Below, piece by piece: positions 1 through 11,989 of a stretch of 64,000 nt of DNA (positions within the stretch are counted from its first letter, which is position 1; each line of letters opens with the position of its first letter). The notes under the pieces were generated by a model. That model was not told the DNA's origin. It saw nothing but the letters and a program-made list of their open reading frames with translations, and ran no database searches. The stretch spans positions 8,804,001 through 8,868,000 of the forward strand of contig OZ210885.1 of assembly GCA_964658305.1 (NCBI GenBank). The letters are read 5' to 3'. A program made the position numbers and the translations under genes. The DNA comes from Leptogorgia sarmentosa. Taxonomy: Eukaryota.

Positions 1-626
1 TACAAGTGACTGTGAAAAAAGAATGGAACATTGGATAACTTACAAGTGAAAAAAGAATGGAACATTGGATGGATGGACATTCTAATTAACTATACATTAC
101 TTTGGATATCTGCTAAAGTCAGCTTTTTAAGAGTTGCAGAATGCAATAGTTCATAGCTACAGTTTGAAAGTATTGTACAATATACATGTATTATATTTAC
201 CTCTGCTTGGCTTCATTCCATAAAGTACAGTCAGTGTACTTCACAAAATAGTTTTGTAAAGCCCTCATTTCCTTCAAGCGACATAGCTTCTTTTCCGTCT
301 CCTGAAGACTCGTGTCACTGTCTCGTTCGTCACTCGGAATACTCGAAATATAGAGAAGGTTCTCTTGCGTTGTGTTATACTAGTATACGACGATAACGAG
401 AACTAAAGCGTACAGGTTCTTTCGATAGAATCACAGACGATCTATACCATAGTTTTGAACATGTATTATTTACACAACAACGTTAACATACACTAAACTA
501 GAAGGCCAGTGCATTAATACTATCTATATACAAACAAATTATCCATTATCCTAAATGTCCCAGTTATCCCAGTGCAAGTGTAATTTTATCCTCTCAGGTT
601 CTATATAGTTATCAGTGCAAAATTAA

Positions 627-1346
627 TTATACTAGTGTCAATTCTCGACAGTCACCAGCAAGAACACACTGTAAGTTCTTTAACAGGTCTTCCTTCTTCA
701 GCTTACCACATAAATATTTCACCCTTGCGTAAAGGAATGAGATATGTGATGATTTGTATTTTGCATCCCCTTTCAAATCTTTTTTTGACAATTTCTGTCC
801 TTTTAACTTGAATGCTCTGTACATTGTCATGCACTCCATCACAGCATGATAAACTTCATCATCCAGTTCATTGGCAACAAAAAGCACATTTGAAAGCACA
901 GTTTCCTGTAAAGACAAAAGAATTACAGATTTATTTTATGACTTATAATTAAAAAATTATATGGCCACAAAAAACACTTTTAACAAACACTTTCCTTTCA
1001 AGATTTAAATTTTAGTATGGAAATTTTGAAAACATTCGTAAGAAAAGTCCTAAATTATATGTGGCTATAGGAGGTGACTAACTGAATTACATTCTTCTGA
1101 AAATTCTCGAAGAAAATTCTGTATCCCTGGCGTCTGGATAAGCTCTGGCAGTGGTGTCGGCGCAATTTTATTGACGGTGGGGTTTTCGAATTTTGACGGT
1201 GGAGTTTGGCTGCGAATTTAAAGTTGTGATAAAATCACAACTTGATGTTCGAAAATTTTATCGAGTTTCTCCATAATTTCTTTTGTATCTGGGGTGGTGG
1301 GGTGGGTCTGGGTCGACTTGGCATGAACAGACGCAGGAATATGGAA
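627..1346 (-). pseudogene. Disrupted intron-containing gene fragment of unknown function (exon-like pieces ~1092-1346 and 627-906), possibly a transposon accessory gene
   Basis: Minus-strand coding-like stretch IPASVHAKSTQTHP...KEIMEKLDKIFEHQ (one internal stop) that starts at the LTR boundary. A terminal exon ETVLSNVLFVANELDDEVYH... follows an AG acceptor at ~907. No family recognised. Confidence 0.3.
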
Positions 1347-1752
1347 TGTGTAGCGTATGTTTGGCGATAAGGACGAGTTCCATACTGAATCGACAATCGA
1401 CGTTGTGTGTTTGATTCATATAATTGGTCGACTCGTAAAAACTACAGATAAGCAAACAATATTTAAATACATATACAACTAAACAGGACTACATATACGA
1501 ATCACATAAGTATTACTGACATATAAAACATATAGTGATATATGACATACCTCTGTCCCCGTATTTTACAATAAACTACAGTACGTTTCCAAGTACGAAC
1601 GATTTCGAGTATGAACAGATACGATGTAAATTACAAGATACGAATACGTCCAGGAGCGTTTACTTTTATACACAATTTGCATACACGTAACACAATACCT
1701 TACAACACATACGTCACACTACATTACAACACATACGTCACGCTACATTACA
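1347..1752 (-). repeat. 3' LTR of the host BEL/Pao element (left boundary approximate)
   Basis: On the minus strand a purine tract AGAGGAGCCA (1753-1762) is directly followed by TGTAATG. A 24-bp tandem repeat x2 lies at 1701-1748. Confidence 0.7.
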
Positions 1753-1796
1753 TGGCTCCTCTAAATTGAGCCAACAATTTAAACCATATACTGTTT

Positions 1797-3153
1797 TCAA
1801 TTTGATCGAGGCTCCTCGATGGGGAATCCCCGGTTTTCATCATCTGAGATTAGAACAACAATTTTCTGAATCGGTCTTTCCAAGTATGTCGATGCACCGT
1901 GACGCTTTCCGTTTTTGTCAAGATGTGAATTGGCTGTAATAACTTTCACTTTTCTGGTTAATCCATCCTTGCTGGTATACGTTTCCACTACACGAGCTAA
2001 AAGCCAACGATTTCTTGGGAGATTATCTTCTACAACGAGAACTATGTCTCCGATCATTACATTCTTTCTTGGGCGGATCCATTTTTGGCGTTTCTGTAGT
2101 GACTGAAGAAATCCCTTTCGCCATTGGTTCCAAAATTCATTAGCGAGGTACTGAATTCGACGCCATCGCTTCCGAGAGTAAAGATCAGCACGCTGGAAGT
2201 CTCCAGGTGGAGGAAGAAGAACATTACTCTTCATGGTAAGGAGGTTATTTGGGGATAATGGCGTCAATTCGAACGTATTCTCCGTCGTCAGAGGTCGACT
2301 GTTGACGATAGCTTCAGTTTCTACCATAAGAGTACGAAGTAGTTCATCATCTAATTGTCTTCCATGATTGCTAAGTAGAATCCTCAATACATTTCTCGCA
2401 GTACGAATTTGACGCTCCCATATTCCTCCCATGTGACTTGCATGGGGAACGTTTGATTTGAACTCCAACAGGTCACAATTATCTTTGATCAACTCACGTT
2501 TGATCTTCTCCACATCCATTTCTTTGACGGCTGCGTTGAGCTCATTTTCTGCTCCGATAAAATTCGTACCGCGGTCTGATCGTAGCTGGCGTACGGGGCC
2601 ACGACGACCTACGAAACGCCGATACGCATTCAAAAACGAGTTGGTATCAAGAGAGTTGGCTACTTCCAAATGAATAGCTCTGGAGGCCATGCAAGTAAAC
2701 AAAACGCCATATCTTTTCACTTCTCAACGACCGTCCTTTATTATCCATGGACCGAAGCAGTCAACTGCTGAATACGTAAATGGTGATGCAGGCTCTAGTC
2801 GATCTTTTGGCAAGTCCGCCATTTTCTGCCTTTGAGGAAAACTTCTCCATCTTCGACATTTAACACAATGATGGATATAATGGCTGATTACCGAAGTAGC
2901 TCCAATGATCCAATATCCCGATGAACGTATGTGATTGAGGGTTATTCCTCGCCCTTGATGTTCACATCGCTGATGGTGATGAGCAACGAGTAATTTCGTC
3001 AGGTGACAATCTTTAGGAATAATGTAGGGGTGCTTGATATCTGTTGGTAGGTTTGATCGGTCGATACAGTACGTCCACCTACTCGAAGTAGGCCATCTTC
3101 ATCGAGGACGGGATCTAATTTATACAGGGCACTTCTTCTTTTTATGGTGGCAT
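1797..3153 (-). pseudogene. BEL/Pao pol, integrase region (degenerate)
   Basis: ORF 1797-2720 has the integrase core and C-terminal tail. The upstream zinc-binding region (HQG...CVKC) is broken by frameshifts and a stop. Confidence 0.9.
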
Positions 3154-3346
3154 TGTCCGGGATTTCGTTGTAACATGAAGTACCAAAACTAGAACAGTGA
3201 CGTCACGGCAGCGTGCGTGACTTAGTGCATGAAAAAATAGGTTGTTGATGTTCTTGTTGTGAAGGGGAGAACGGTGAATAATATTATCAAAACGTATATC
3301 TTGTGATTGTTTGGGGATACATCCTGGGAGGCGGGAGTTCCCAATA
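3154..3346 (+). repeat. 5' LTR (TGT...ATA)
   Basis: Identical by eye to 9754-9946. Confidence 0.95.
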
Positions 3347-3348
3347 CT

Positions 3349-3365
3349 TGGCACCTCCGACGGGA
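3349..3365 (+). promoter_or_regulatory. Putative primer-binding site TGGCACCTCCGACGGGA
   Basis: Starts with TGG 2 nt after the 5' LTR. Cognate tRNA not assigned. Confidence 0.7.
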
Positions 3366-3413
3366 TATATAAACGGTCTTGCGATTTAATTTCAATATTC
3401 AAACGAGTTTTCG

Positions 3414-6400
3414 ATGAGCGGTGAGTCGAATATGGAAGAGGCCGTGGCGAAATTAAAGACAAAACTTACTCAACTGAGCATCACAGCGGAAAGGACAGTG
3501 TCTATCGTGGATAATGGTCGAGTAGAAGTGATAGAAAGACATCAGAAAACACTAAAAACGGTGATAAATGAAGCCAGTCAACTGCGTATAGAAATCGAAG
3601 CGTACAAGATAGCGAACGAAGTAAATAACGAGGAACTCAGTGCCTGGAATACAAGCATAGAATCGCAAATCGCAGCAGCTGATCGAAGTGTGGAAACATT
3701 AGAACAATGGCTCGATAATCGAAGGGTTGAACGTGAATCACAAGAGAGAGAAGAGCAGATAAGATTCGAAGTAAAATTGCAGGAAACGAAAGCAAAAATC
3801 CAAGCAGAACTTGACGGAAATAAGGTCAGTTCACAGCAGTCTCCAAGCGAGTCAGCAAATGTTCAAGCAAAGTTATCCAAATTGGTAATTACTAAATTTA
3901 GCGGGTCGTTTACCGACTGGAATAGATTCTGGGGTCAGTTCACTGAGTCAATCGACAAATCCAGTTTGGCACCAATTACCAAATTCTCGTACCTAAGAGA
4001 ACTGTTGAGTGACAAGGTTAAGAAAACCGTGGAAGCCCTACCGTACACACCAGAAGGCTACAATAGGGCGGTGGCCATCCTTAAGGATCGGTATGGAAAG
4101 GAGCGTGAGATCATCAAAGCGTATGTTAAGGAAATTCTAGAGCTTCCACCAGTTCTTACGGCGGACGTGAGAAAGATTCATGAGTTTTCAGAGAAGTTAA
4201 CATATAGCGTACAATCTCTCCAGACTATGAATAAACTTTCTCAAGTAGACGGTGCAGTAGCCATGACCTTAGATAAATTGCCGGCAATCCGAGGTGACTA
4301 GCCTCCTCCGCAGGCATCTCTTGTCTCTGATCTCTTCTTGTCTCTGATCTCTATGTACTAACTGTAGTGGGGGCGGGGAAAAAATTCGGAGAGATGCCTG
4401 CCATAAATCGACACAATAACTTGCACTGCGCATACCGGCTCGCGCATACAAATCGTTACTGTGGGGGGGGACATAAAGGCAACATTGAAGTAATTTGTCG
4501 GCTTTGTCATTTGATACTTTTTCTTTGGGAGTGGGGAGAGGCTATTTTGTTATCAAAATACTAATGCGAAAGCTGAAAGAGAGAAAAATATAATTGAGAA
4601 AATATCGAATCTCCCCGCGTTTGATCCATTAAATGCACGCGGTTTTCACGCTAGTTGTGAAGAAGAAGGCCTAAATGTCTCAGTCCAAGCAAATTGTTCA
4701 CGAGAGGCAGCAATTAAAATGGGACTACTGTTCGCTGAGTTGAGCGCTTTACGGAATATGTCAGAGTCAAAAAACGTTGTTGTTATCGACTCCAAATTGC
4801 AACTTAAAGAGTTGTATGACGTTACGATAAGCAACGGGGAAGTATTTGTGGAATTAATTCAAGTCTTAGAACGATCTTGATCTTTGGTCGCTTCAATATC
4901 TGCGGCAAGCTTGCCTAACTGTGTTTTTAAATTTTGCGTATCCCTTAGCTTCACTTGTATTGCCGATTGTCTCTTTCTCACATCCTGTACAACGCTACGG
5001 TAATCTTTGCTAGCAATCGGCAAGGAACTTTTCTTGTAAATTGGAATCTTTGAAGCCATCAGGAAAACACTGCCTTCGCTCTTCGATCGAATCCGACAAA
5101 CTGAATTTATAATTAGCTAGGACGCAAAAAACTACTTAGGGGACCCTGCTCCCGTATGACGTCCAATGAGGTGCCATCAGACGTCCACTTTGTTCGATTT
5201 ATGGCAGGCATCTCTCCCGATTTTTTTTCGCCTTCCCCGACACAGCTAACCCAAGCCGAATGTTAAAACTCTTAATAACACTAGAGATGCCTGCGGAGGA
5301 GGCTACGAGGTGACCTTGTTCGGACCGACACTGGATGGGAGGAATGGGACCTTGCACAGCTCACTGAGGCTCTTCAGCTTTGGACTAGGAGGAATCCGAT
5401 CACTGACAATGTTAACGCAGGAGACCGAGAACGGAAACGAGAAAGAGGAGGTCGAAATTATAATACTCGTCAGGGCGGAGTGGCTCCAAAGGCGTGTGCG
5501 TATTGTAATGTGGCTGATCATAAATCGATAAACTGCCCAACGGTCAAAACGGCCGAGGAACGGAGGAAAATCCTAGCAAATAAAAAACTATGCTTTAACT
5601 GCACTGGACCATCCCACCGAGCAGCGGCATGTAAGAGTACTGCGACGTGCTACCATTGCTCCCGGAGACACCACACCTCCATATGTGATAGCCCGAAGAA
5701 TACGGAGGGATTCATGTCTGCCCACAGTGATGGAGACAACCAAGTTGTTTACCCAATTGTTGTGATCGAAGTCGACGGAATAAAGACACGGGCGCTGCTT
5801 GACACTGGGTCTGGAAGCTGTTACGCGTCAGCGAAATTGATCGAAGCCTTGAACAAACCGCCGAAGATAGTACAGACAAAACGTATACAAATGATGCTGG
5901 GAGCAACAACTACAAAGGTGGAGATATTTCCTGCAACTGTAAAAGGCGTTAGTGGTGGATTTACTATGGAGGTGGAGCTAACGAAAGTCCATAAGCCACA
6001 TCTGATGGAGATCGATAACCCGCGGTATGCAGAGCTGCTCAGCAAGTATAACCACTTAAAGGGAGTGAAGATTGATGATGTGGATGATAAACCACAACTT
6101 CCGGTCCACGTGGTCCTCGGGGTGAACGAGTATGCCAACATCAAGACAACGTCAGCGCCACGGGTTGGAGAGTGCGGGCAGCCGATTGCTGAGCGTACTC
6201 GCCTTGGTTGGGTGCTCATGTCGCCTGGTAGAGAAGAAGTGACGAGTCCACTCTTGCTAACGCGGTCAGTCAGCACGGATTACGAACAGCTGTGCGCATT
6301 GGATGTTCTTGGGCTTGCTGACACACCAGAAAATGATCAAGATACGGTGTATCAGGAATTTAAGGAACAGCTTCAACGAGACCCGGCTGGTTGGTATGAG

Positions 6401-9400
6401 ACAAACTTACCTTGGAAGGCCAACCATCCAACACTACCCACCAACGAAGTTGGCAGCAAACGAAGATTACAGCAACTGGTTAAACGGCTTGAGCGAAGTG
6501 GAGGTTATGAAGAATACAACACCATAATTCAGGAACAGCTTCAGAGTGGGGTGATCGAAAAGGCGCCGAAAGAGCCAACTGGGAAGGAATATTACATGCC
6601 ACACAAAGGAGTCTCCAGAGCGAATGCAGAAAGCACTAAGTTACGGGTGGTGTATGACGCGTCGGCGCGGCAAAACGTGAAACAGCCATCCTTGAATGAT
6701 TGCCTGAACCCAGGACCCCCCCTGCAAAACTTGCTTTGGAACATTCTCATAAGATCGCGATTCCACCCAATCTTGTTAACTGGTGACCTGCAGAAAGCGT
6801 TCCTCCAGATTAGGATAAAGCAAGAAGAGCGGGATTCTTTACGGTTCCACTGGATACCACCAGGCAGTACAGAAACAGAAGTATACCGGTTCACGAGAGC
6901 CTTGTTCGGGTTGACATCATCGCCCTTCCTTTTGGCTGGAGTAATTAGACAACACCTAGAGCAGTGGGAACAACGATACCCTGAGAGTGTTAAGGAGATC
7001 CGTGATGGTTTATATGTAGACGACCTCATGGTTGGAGGCACAACAATTGAAGACGTGCAGGCGACCAAGATGACAGCCATAGAAGTTTTCGAAGACGCGT
7101 CGTTCACACTACATAAGTGGCATTCAAATGCTAGAGAACTCGAAACAAGCAAGTATCCACCAGAAAACAACGAGTTGACCTATGCCAAGCAGCAGTTGGG
7201 CGGAAATCGAACTGAGACCAGGCTCCTAGGGTTGCCGTGGGACAAAGATAAGGACACCTTAAAAGTCAGTTTACCCAAGGGGGAGGCCGTTTCAACAAAA
7301 CGTGACGCGCTCTCTCAACTGGCAAAGGTCTATGACCCTCTTGGGCTGGTTTCACCATCAATATTACAAGGCAAAGTTCTCTTCCGTGAGATGTGCGAAA
7401 TCAATGTAGCCTGGGACAGTGAATTACCAGTTGACCTGAAGAAGAGATGGATGGAATGGTACGCCAGGCAGCCAGACTATATCGAGATTGAGCGCACTCT
7501 TGTTCGACATCGAGAACCAGTCTTAGACGTTGTTCTGCACGGATTCGGGGACGCGAGCATTCGAGGCGTAAGTGCTGCAATCTACGCGGTCATACGTCAA
7601 GGAAGTGGGACTACTCAGGGTCTGGTTTGTGCGAAGTCGCGGTTGGCAAAGCGTAATCTAACCATTCCCCGTCTAGAGTTGGTGGCTGGCCACATGGCAG
7701 TCAACCTTGTTGCCAATGTTCGTTTGGCCATCGACCTCCATCCCGTGTCAGTACATTGTTGGCTGGATTCATCGGTAGCATTATACTGGATAAGCGGTCA
7801 AGGCGAATATAGACAGTTCGTTGCAAACAGGGTACACAAGATCCAGGAACACCAAGATGTCAAGTGGCACCACGTGCCAACCTCCGATAATCCAGCAGAC
7901 TTGGGCAGCCGTGGTGGAAATGTGGAGAACCATCAGCTCTGGAAGCAGGGCCCGACGTGGTTAAGTCAAGAGAGCGAATGGCCGTCAGACATCATTCTAG
8001 AACCCAGCACGGATTCCAAAGCAGAATTAAAGGTCACTCGAAGTATCTTCGCAGCAACTACCCAAGCCCATGACGAATTCGATCGTCTCCTCGATGCTCA
8101 CGAACTGCGTAAGGTGTTGCGAATATGTGCATGGATACAAAGGTTCATCCTTAACTGCAAGATTCGAGTCGAAGAACGGCGTGGCGGGCCACTGGTCACG
8201 GACGAGATCGATCAACGGAAACTGTGGTGGATCAAACGAGTGCAAAGCGAATGTGGAGAACAAGATAATTTCAACGAAGATGAATTGAGACTGAATTTAC
8301 AGCCGAACAGTCAAGGTGTACTTGAATGCAGAGGCCGAATCGAAGGCGAGTTTCCGATCTACTTGCCAGACAGCCATCCATTTACTCACGGAGTTGTACG
8401 CCAGGCCCATTTATCGACTTTGCACGGCGGCGTGTCCTTGACGATGGCGAAAGTGCGAGAAGTCTTTTGGATACCACGGTTGCGCAGCTTAGTCAAGAAA
8501 GTCAGTAGAGCGTGTTGGGGCTGCAAGCGGTTCAGGGTCCAGGCGTATAACGCACCACCACCAGGAAATCTTCCGAACACTAGGACTCAAGGAACTGCGC
8601 CTTTTCAGGTTATTGGAGTGGACTTCGCCGGCCCCATTTACTACAGATCGGACCGAGGAGCAGAAAGAAAGGCATACTTAGCTTTGTATGGCTGCAGCTT
8701 GACAAGAGCGGTGTACTTAGATCTGCTGAAGTCCTTAGAAGCGAATGAGTTTATCGCAAGCCTTAAACGGTTTATCGCACGCCGGGGTCGCCCAAACCTA
8801 ATTTACTCGGATAATGGCAGCACCTTTCAAGCAACGGCAAAATGGATAAGAAGGATACAGAAAGACGAACGCCTCAATGCACACCTAGCTGACCTCGCCA
8901 TCAGGTGGCAATTCAATCTAAGTCGGGCCCCTTGGTGGGGAGGTCAATTTGAACGGCTGATTGGCCTTTTCAAGAACACGTTCAACAAAACAATAGGGAA
9001 CCGTACGTTGCGATGGGCGGAGCTCGAAGAAATAGTAATTGATGTAGAAGTCTCTCTTAACAATAGGCCCTTAAGTTACGTGGAGGACGACATCCAACTG
9101 CCATTGCTTACCCCCAACTCCATGTTGAGTATCAATCCCAATCACTTGCCGGAACAGAACGACCATCACGGGGAACCAGAAGATTTACGTAAGCGTGCTA
9201 AACATATTCACAAGTGTAAAGAAGCAATGTGGAATCGGTGGACGAAGGAATACATAAGAAGCCTTCGGGAACAGCATCGTCGGGCAGGAGGAGAACAGAC
9301 GCCATTCCCTGCTGTAGGAGAGGTGGTTATGATTAAAGGGGAAAAGAAGAATCGGAATACATGGAAACTTGCTATAGTAACGGAACTAATTAAGGGGAGG

Positions 9401-9622
9401 GATGGAATCATAAGAGCAGCGAAGTTAAGAGTTGGAAGCAGTAACTTGGAATACGAACGCGCTTTACAGCATATGTGTCCCTTGGAACTAGCATGCGACT
9501 GGAAGCAACCACCACAATTGAACGTCACAGCACCCGCTTTCCAACCGAGACGACGTCGAGATGCAGCGGTAGCAGCGAGTGTACGAATCCAGGAGACGGC
9601 AGAAGATGAAGAAAATGATTGA
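3414..9622 (+). CDS. BEL/Pao gag-pol polyprotein (~1730 aa reconstructed), interrupted by insertion 4299-5305
   Basis: 3414-4298 joined to 5315-9622 is one open frame (PAIRGD|LVRTDTGW...). Three Cys/His knuckles, protease LLDTGS, RT YVDD, RNase H FGDAS/NPADLGSRG, integrase VDFAGP/SDNG/FERLIG. Confidence 0.95.
4299..5305. mobile_element. Non-autonomous DNA transposon, Academ (AcademH-like) type
   Basis: 23-bp perfect TIR TAGCCTCCTCCGCAGGCATCTCT and 9-bp TSD CGAGGTGAC (4290-4298 / 5306-5314). TAG termini with a 9-bp TSD fit AcademH, but MULE is not excluded. Confidence 0.85.
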
Positions 9623-9744
9623 GAGAACCATGACTTTCGAGTTAAATCATTGCAGTTGAGTTGGGACGAGTCACATTATTTAGGGACATGTTATAAACGT
9701 GCATGTTTATGTTGTTACATGTATATCATACAGTGGATATACAT

Positions 9745-9753
9745 GGGGGAGCG
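9745..9753 (+). promoter_or_regulatory. Polypurine tract
   Basis: GGGGGAGCG immediately before the 3' LTR. Confidence 0.8.
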
Positions 9754-9946
9754 TGTCCGGGATTTCGTTGTAACATGAAGTACCAAAACTAGAACAGTGA
9801 CGTCACGGCAGCGTGCGTGACTTAGTGCATGAAAAAATAGGTTGTTGATGTTCTTGTTGTGAAGGGGAGAACGGTGAATAATATTATCAAAACGTATATC
9901 TTGTGATTGTTTGGGGATACATCCTGGGAGGCGGGAGTTCCCAATA
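9754..9946 (+). repeat. 3' LTR
   Basis: Identical to 3154-3346. Confidence 0.95.
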
Positions 9947-10645
9947 GCATGATGGGACGAATTCGTTCCATTATCGTGGTCGCTGCAGGATCGAGATTGA
10001 AAAGCTTTGATGGTTTCGATCTCTTCACCAAATGATCTCTTTTGAGCATTCCGTATGATTGCTTTTTCCGCCTCTTTTAGGTCTGCCACGTTGAGTGGAG
10101 CGTATTGAATCGTAGTCTCATCATCATTTGTAGGGGACTTGGACTTCCTCGCTTTACTCCGCAGAATATTCTTGTATCTCAGACATAAAGCTAGCGACCG
10201 TTTAGCTCTATTCAGATCAGAGAAATAACGTAAACGTTCTTCCAAATCGTCGACTTCACTAGACTTTGTTGAAAGTGCATGCATGTTTTTTATCAACATG
10301 TTTTTTTAACTAAATTGGAAAAGCATCTGAATCCCACTCCTGCATCTTGGGTCACTACACGCGAATTATAGCAATTCCTCAATTTCATCCTCCCAAACAC
10401 CAACAAGATAATACAAAAACAACATAAACACAGTATTTCCGATGACCATTGAAAATTCGCAATGGTTTTAAAATCGTTCGATTTTAACTGCGATTGATTG
10501 AAAAATTCCAATAAAATAATGTATACCTCCGGGCTCCGTCACGTATTCGGCTCACGACAGTTGTCAAGGGAAAACCAGAACGGGATGTGGCATGTTGAAG
10601 GTAGCAAAGAATAAATGTGGTAGGAAATTCTATGTTTTCATGCGT

Positions 10646-10682
10646 GTCAGGATGGCCGAGCGGTCTAAGGCGCCAGACTCAA
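10646..10682 (+). pseudogene. tRNA-Leu(CAA) 5' half only
   Basis: GTCAGGATGGCCGAGCGGTCTAAGGCGCCAGACTCAA, with no recognisable 3' half downstream. Confidence 0.8.
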
Positions 10683-10988
10683 ATACAACCAACCGGTTTC
10701 ACGTTGTTCATTAATGAACATTCACATCCATCTACAACTGACCTACTACAATCTGAACAATAGAAACTTTCTATTTTGAGGTCTTTGCAAAACTCACTCG
10801 TGCAAATTAATTCCAAATTCCACTCGAAACCATTCTATTAGCAATACTTATTTTTTTTCCAAACGTAGTGAAATGGTGGAAAGATATGAAACTTGAACTA
10901 AAATATATAGAATGCTACCTACCAGTGCAGGAACATGCCTGAATTTGCCTGAAGCCACATTTTAGCTCCAGACAAGGGCGTCAAGTTT

Positions 10989-11059
10989 GCGTTGGTGGTT
11001 CAGTGGTAGAATTCTCACCTGCCACCCTTGAGACCGGCGCTTGATTCACAGGAAACGCA
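10989..11059 (+). pseudogene. tRNA-Gly(GCC) pseudogene
   Basis: 5' part matches the Gly-GCC consensus. Anticodon stem and T-arm are badly mismatched. Confidence 0.85.
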
Positions 11060-11143
11060 GAATGTTTTCATTTTGTTGCATTTCAATTGCAACTCGAGAA
11101 AAAATGTGGGTTCGTAACACAGACATGACCTCGAAATTGTAAC

Positions 11144-11215
11144 TCCCATGTGGTCTAGTGGTTAGGATCTGGCGTTTTCACCGCTATGCCCCGGGTTCGA
11201 TTCCCGGCGTGGGAA
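11144..11215 (+). tRNA. tRNA-Glu(TTC)
   Basis: Full cloverleaf, GGTTCGATTCC B box, anticodon TTC, followed by a T-run terminator. Confidence 0.88.
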
Positions 11216-11698
11216 TTTTTTCTGACAATTTCTATTTGGAACAGCTTGTGTTCACATATTCAATCTCGCCCAAGACTGGGATTAGATTCCCTGCTAACGC
11301 AGAATATTATCATTCTGCGGAGTTTAAATTTCAAATGCAACACGAGAAAAACGTAGATTTGTAACACAGACATAATCTAATAATTTTATCCAGGAAAGTA
11401 AAATTAATATTTTCTGATATCACCGTCACTTATGAAAACTATTTGATAGCCGCAAACTATTTGATTGTGGACAGAGTTTTTGCATTGGTTTATAAATTCT
11501 TGATTTTTACTCTTTATAATTTTATTGGGAAAATGAGCTTTTAACAGAATATCCCTTTAGGAATTAATTTTACAAGCTCCCCTTCGCATTAATTTCGTTC
11601 TTGGATCAATTTGTTTCAATTAACTCATGAATAAAAGGAAGGCGGAAGAGAAAGGTAATAAAATTCGCAGCATTTGTAAAATATTCAAATGTCAAAAT

Positions 11699-11770
11699 AG
11701 GTTCTGCCGAGACTTGAGCTTGGATCGCTGGATTCAAAGTCCAAAGTGCTAACCATTACACCACAGAACC
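11699..11770 (-). tRNA. tRNA-Gln(TTG), degenerate T-arm (possible pseudogene)
   Basis: Reverse complement GGTTCTGTGGTGTAATGGTTAGCACTTTGGACTTTGAATCCAGCG...CTCGGCAGAACCT. T-loop reads CTCAAGT. Confidence 0.8.
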
Positions 11771-11907
11771 TTAACACAATCTTGACAAAGTTTCCCAATT
11801 CTTTAACGTTTCTTCCTTTCTTTCACAGCAAAAGGAACACTCTTTAATGGCGGACGTGGGTATTTACTGAACACGAATCATGTATGCAACAAGTCAGTGA
11901 AGTAACA

Positions 11908-11989
11908 GGTAGCGTGGCCGAGTGGTCTAAGGCGCTGGTTTCAGGCACCAGTCATTTCGATGACGTGGGTTCGAATCCCACCGCTGCCA
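11908..11989 (+). tRNA. tRNA-Leu(CAG)
   Basis: 82-nt cloverleaf with long variable arm. Anticodon arm CTGGT-TT-CAG-GC-ACCAG, intact A and B boxes. Confidence 0.9.

Larger units (their letters stand above)
3154..9946 (+). mobile_element. Full-length young BEL/Pao LTR retrotransposon
   Basis: Two identical 193-bp LTRs, PBS, PPT, a single gag-pol ORF, and flanking duplication GCAT (3150-3153 / 9947-9950). Confidence 0.96.
1347..10290 (-). mobile_element. Decayed, 5'-truncated BEL/Pao LTR retrotransposon (host of the nested element 3154-9946)
   Basis: pol pieces 9947-10290 and 1797-3153 rejoin in frame after removing the nested element, giving SHHATIKRRSALYKLDPVLDEDGLLRVGGR. Integrase motifs VDCFGP, RSDRGTNF, GGIWERQI are present, with frameshifts and a stop. 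PPT and 3' LTR follow. No gag, RT or 5' LTR seen. Confidence 0.9.

Noticed and set aside
1149..1170. Similarity to 61082-61100 (GTGTCGGCGCAA) as shared transposon ends
   Set aside because: Same orientation, only ~12 bp, and the first lies within a coding-like exon; likely chance.
1701..1752. Possible CRISPR-like repeat
   Set aside because: Direct 24-bp tandem without spacers inside an LTR; eukaryotic context and no cas genes.
3142..3462. 106-aa minus-strand ORF
   Set aside because: Antisense reading of the LTR/PBS; shares its peptide with the ORF at 9715 only because the LTRs are identical.
9715..10299. 194-aa ORF as an independent gene
   Set aside because: Chimera of host BEL pol reading into the antisense LTR of the nested element.
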